From NCBI RefSeq assembly GCF_030684315.1, contig NC_081391.1, positions 14,175,342 through 14,239,341 of the forward strand: 64,000 nucleotides of DNA. The letters run 5' to 3'. The stretch comes from Stegostoma tigrinum. Taxonomy: Eukaryota. Below, piece by piece: positions 59,278 to 64,000 of the stretch. Position numbers and translations under genes: made by a program. Positions within the stretch are counted from its first letter, which is position 1, and each line of letters begins with the position of its first letter. The notes under the pieces were generated by a model. The model was not told where the DNA came from. It did not search any database and saw only the letters and a list, made by a program, of their open reading frames with translations.

Positions 59278-62200
59278 ATGTCCTCTCAGATTAGTCAGAA
59301 CTATCACCAGGATTGTCAAGCTGCTGTCAACAAGCAGATTCATGTGGAGCTCACTGCCTCCTATCTCTATCAGGCTTTGGTGAGTGCTGTCCCTGTGGTG
59401 TTGGAGTTAAATCTGTTATGGTAAAGTGAACAGTTTTTCTTGTTTGTAACTAACTTGGAACTACTGTGGATTGTTTTTAATTTCTCTCCTATTGAGATAC
59501 CAGGAGAAATCTAATGTTAGGAAAAATGTGGTATGATTCTGATATACAGTAACTGGGCCCCTGTTGACTTTCATTTGATTGTCTGGTGGGTGAAGTGATT
59601 TGTGGAATACCTTTTGTAATTCACTGTCAGGATTGAGTTCCCCTGAGGATTATCTAAACTTGACAGTCCTTTTAGAAAGAAGGTGAAGTGTGGGGCTGGA
59701 TGACCACAGCAGGCCAAGCAGCATCTCAGGAGCATAAAAGCTGATGTTTTGGGCCTGGACCCTTCATGCTGCTTGGCCTGCTGTGTTCATCCAGCCTGAT
59801 GCTTTGTTTTCTTGTGTTCTCCAGCATCTGCAGTTCCTGTTACTTCTGAGTAACTGAGAAAGAAGTTGGGATAACTGTTAGTTAATTAGCCATTTGTCCT
59901 GGTGTATGTGCTTTATCTTGTGATACATGTAAACAAAAGTTTACCCTTGTTGGGGAAAGGTGTCATAGTGACTGTCCCAAATAACCAAATCTGATTTGCC
60001 CCAGCCTCCAGGGTTGGGCTGTGACTCCCTGCCTATTTAATTAGGCTTCCAGTGAGGCCTGTTTGGCTTTTGACTCTCTTCCATGAGGTGGGTGTGACCC
60101 CATTCTCTCTCAACCTACAGACAAGTGAATTGCTGTAGTGTGTGATATGTTGGAGCCTCCTTGGGCTGCAGCAGTGTGCTGAGGTTATTGACTCTGAAGC
60201 AAGGCTGTTCCCATACCACCTCCCCTGGTCTGAAACACACTGGCCCTTTCCCCAGATGGAGGGGTGCCTATGCTCTAACCTAGGGGTAGACTGTTTGGAA
60301 GTTGTGTTGAAGTAACCTTGGTGAGCGCAGCAGGGGACCTGGTAGATAATGGACCCTGAAAGGAGGTGGTGAATGCAGTCCCCATGAAGTGGGCTGCTCT
60401 GTCCTGGATGGTGCCTGTTTCTTGCATGTTGTAGCTCCACTTCTACAGACACATGGAGAATCTTCTTCAATCTCTGGGCTTGTGCCTGTTGGAAGGAAGT
60501 CCTCTCTGACAGGAGGATCAAGTCCCTATAAGCACCTTCTGGGAGGTGGCGGGGGGTAGCTTTTCTTGATGAACCAGTTTCTGTTTTTAATCACTGACCA
60601 GTGTCCCCACTCAATGGGAATATTGTGTTCCCATATAAAATCCCCACTATTCTACACCTGCCACAACATGTAACAACCTAATTAATCAATACCAAGTTTC
60701 TTGACTATTTGCATTTTGAAGTTGAGCAATTTCATACCAGGTTTCCTCCCTCAGAATGAAATTCATTTGCTTTATGGAGGAGCCAATAAACTATTCACTT
60801 CTACTTAATGTTGATGCAGCCCTTAATCCAGAAAAACATGTTGGATTGTCAATGTAGGATGTGAGTGAGATAGGTGGGTCACCTATAGAATTAGGCCAAA
60901 TCAGGTTTTCCAGCTTCATGTTAACCAGTGACATGATCTGCAGAACAATAGTTGATCTCCAGGTCTCTCTGACATCTGACCTTGTTTCAGTTTGTTTTAA
61001 CCACGTGATACTTGTTTGCAAGCTTCTGGATGTGAGTGCACTGCATAAACAGGTGTGTTAGCCCATTGCTGTAACAATCCAGAGGCTGTCACTAGGCAGG
61101 CTTTCATTAGCAGAATCTTGATGCCACTTTCTCTCCTTTTCCATTATGCAGACTGCATATATTGCAGAGCTGAAGTACATTATGCATCCAATCCCAGTGA
61201 TCTTCAGTTTGTAGAAGACTCGCTCCCTCCTGGTTATATTGTTACACCACTGCCCATGTCTGCATGTCACTCTAGCCCCAAAGGAGAAATGTCGTGCCTC
61301 GCAGCTGCTCCAGAGTCCATCCTGCAAACTAGCTCCTGGCCATTCATCCAAATCTGATGGACGTCACAGGAGAAACATGAATTTGGCTTTTCTCGGCATA
61401 TGATGTGCTAGATCACCCCCCCCACCCTAAGCAATTTGATAGTGCTTTCAAACAAAAACATGGTTTTTGCATGCTATCTAGAGTCAGCTGGGGTTGTCTA
61501 AACTGATCCAGTTAAAGGATCTGCTGGTGAATTGAACCACACTAGGCTCTCAAAACAATTCTGTGTATTAGCAGATCTGCAGTTCTGAACTATACTAGGG
61601 CCCAGTGCCCCATTTTAATGTGATTTAACTTCTCTCTCTTCTCCCCAACTTCCAGCTGTCCTACTTTGACCGGGATGATGTTGCCCTTCCCCATTTCTCC
61701 CAGTTCTTCAAAGATCAGTCCCAGGAGAAGCGGGAACATGCAGAGAAGCTGCTGAAATTCCAGAATCAGCGTGGAGGCAGAGTCCTCCTCCAGGATGTGA
61801 AGGTTGGAGTTGGGAAGGGATGGTTGAGGTTTCAAGTCAGTGGCAAGAATTTCAGTGACAAGTTCTTCCATTTGGCTTCCCTGTTTCTTTTTTGGAAATG
61901 CTAGGAATCCCACAAACAAGCCCTTTGGCCCACCATGTCTATGCTAACCCAACAACTCTGACCCCATTTACTTGCACTTGGTGTACAGCCCACTTATGCC
62001 CTGACATTAAGTAGTTGTCCAGATATCGCTGGAGTTGTCACCTCCTCCTCACCACTCTTTTTCCCCCCCGCCCCCCCAACTCCTGTGCTGACATTCACAA
62101 ACCTACCATCCTCCTCCCTTTTAAGAAGAGTTGGAGGTGTTGGGTTCGTCCAATTTCCCCTCAAACCTGTGCCTTCTGTCTTCCCCATACTAGACTCCAA

Positions 62201-63871
62201 GACCCTTGTCCCCACATCCTGTGTACACTCCCCAGTCTTCCATGCTTCCATCAGATAACTGCCTCGTCTGCTTCAAGGGAGTTTCCAGCCTATCCAACCT
62301 TGGATCGATGGCTTTTCAACCTTGGGGCAACATCCTGGTGACCCTCACCTGCACCCCTTTCCAGTGTTTATCCTGTCCTTGTGGTTCTGGTCACCACACT
62401 GGCCAGGTCCAAGATGGAAGACAATACTCTGTAGTTTATGACCTGACTTGTCCCACCCAATAGGGACAGGCATCATGTAGGCCAACTTCACCCCCTGGTT
62501 GACCTTTGCTGATCCTTGAGGGGTCAATGGTCTTGGGCACTTTGTATCTCTGCTCCTTATCATTAAAAACCCTGCTGTCCCTTCAATGCATCAAACAGTG
62601 ATATTTCTGATTCTGCTGATCAGACAGATATGAAACAAATGGCACAGGTGGGACTTCAACCTGGGCCTTGTGTACCAGACACAGGGACAGTACCACAGCA
62701 CCAAGAGCCCTTGGGATTAGGCTGTGCATGTCCTGATCTAAACTCCAGCAGATGGACACTGGTGTAATCCATCACCTTTGTGCAAAATAAATCCTTATCC
62801 CCATGATGACATGGTCCTGAACTTCCTCATTCAGATCAAGGATAAATGGGGCAAGGTGAAAGCAGTTCCCAAGTAACTGACTTGAGCATTGAGACTTGAG
62901 GGATGGTACAGTGGCTCAGTGATCAGCACTGCTGCCTCAGTGCCAGGGACCCAAGTTTGGTTCCAGCCTTGGGTGAATAAATTTCAAACATGTTGTTTTT
63001 TTCGTGTAGGGGTTTCAATCCCACAGTCCAATGATGTACAGCTTAGGAAGATAGGCCACGGGAAGTGAGGGGTTACAAGAACTGGGTGGGTGTCTTTTCA
63101 GGGGGTATTGATGGTCTCAATGGGCTGAATGGCCTGTTCCTGTGCTGCAGGGTTTCTGTTTCTAAAGCTTAACTGTCCTTCTTTGCATCCTCAGAAGCCA
63201 GAGAGGGATGAGTGGGGTAACAGCCTGCAGGCAATGCAGGTTGCCCTGGATCTGGAGAAGAATGTGAACCAGAGTTTGCTGGATCTACACCAACTCTCCA
63301 CAGCGCACACTGACCCTCATGTAAGCTTCACCTCCTCATCACTGCTACCCCCTCAGGGCAACACTTCATTGGTCTGTGGATTGGGAATTCACTGCTGTAA
63401 CACTACCTTTGTCCAGATATGACATTGTCACAGCATATTCACTCCGGGTACAGTGTCACACCTGCTCAGCAATGAGTGAAATGGGGAATTTGGGTTATAA
63501 TCTTGTGCGAGTGCTGAAGTGATATTGGCCACTGAATTCTCATTCAGGATCACTCGAGTTGAAGTCATGTTTTCTCTGGCACAAATTCTCCAGCTTTTGC
63601 CTACACTTTCAGGACTGTCTGGTGTTAGTTATGGCTGAGTCTGTTTTTCAGTGGGAATTGTACAATTGTCCTGGATAGTGTTAATGTATCCAGTTGTCAT
63701 ATTCCTCTGTTGCAGCTGTGTGACTTCCTGGAGACCCACTATTTGGATGAGGAGGTGGAGATCATCAAGCAACTTGGGGACTACATCACCAACCTGAAGC
63801 GCCTGGGAGCCCCTGAGAATGGGATGGGAGAGTACCTGTTTGACAGGCTCTCGCTGGAGGACAGCAGTTAG
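59278..63871 (+). CDS. Ferritin subunit, copy 8 (type B); exons 59278-59379, 61656-61802, 63195-63320, 63716-63871; intact
   Basis: [34 protein letters not shown]|[31 protein letters not shown]...; it has AAA where sister copy 2 has TAA. TATAAA 59172; the window ends at the position of the polyA signal. Confidence 0.93.
62900..63157 (+). mobile_element. HE1-type SINE in intron 2 of copy 8
   Basis: Paralogous to 5190-5442. Confidence 0.7.
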
Positions 63872-64000
63872 TGTGGCCTGGAGTACTGTCTGCTTGGTCT
63901 GAATGCATTCCCCACTTCACCCTGGGCAATCTGTCTCCTTCCAGGGAGAAGGGGCTTGTTGCAAAGTATGTAATGGCTGTACCAGCTGAATAGGAATGAA

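Larger units (their letters stand above)
1..64000 (+). repeat. Tandem segmental-duplication array of ferritin units (ATG-to-ATG spacing about 6.9-10.3 kb), order A-B-C-D-A/C-D-A-B
   Basis: Window start (tgtccaaatccctcttaaac) recurs at 33280 and 48038. 1-16760 matches 48038-64000, and about 24800-39400 matches about 39600-54150. Confidence 0.95.

Noticed and set aside
1-64000. CRISPR array, operon or prokaryotic defence system
   Set aside because: The sequence is vertebrate, with spliceosomal introns and SINEs/LINEs; the repeats are kilobase-scale gene duplications.

Overview
Eukaryotic (vertebrate) genomic DNA, very likely a shark: it carries HE1-type tRNA SINEs, CR1 LINEs and Penelope-type terminal repeats. 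The whole window is a head-to-tail (+ strand) tandem array of eight 4-exon ferritin genes (176 aa, all introns phase 0 as in vertebrate FTH1/FTL), and the array probably runs past at least the left edge. Six copies have intact spliced ORFs (1, 4, 5, 6, 7, 8). Copy 2 has a nonsense codon and copy 3 has two 1-nt deletions. By introns and flanks the copies fall into four types in the order A-B-C-D-A/C-D-A-B, with a chimeric unit from unequal crossover and several apparent gene-conversion patches. Every copy has Lys at ferroxidase ligand position 62 and Glu at 141 (human H numbering), the light-chain signature, while keeping E27, H65 and E107. No copy has a canonical IRE between TATA and ATG. The array therefore looks like an amplified, IRE-less, L-like (probably ferroxidase-deficient) ferritin family. 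Other notable items are a conserved 3'UTR hairpin, decayed hammerhead-ribozyme cores in inverted Penelope-like repeats, a conserved upstream block, and an in-frame 27-aa N-terminal extension in type D copies. All alignments were done by eye and TE boundaries are approximate.
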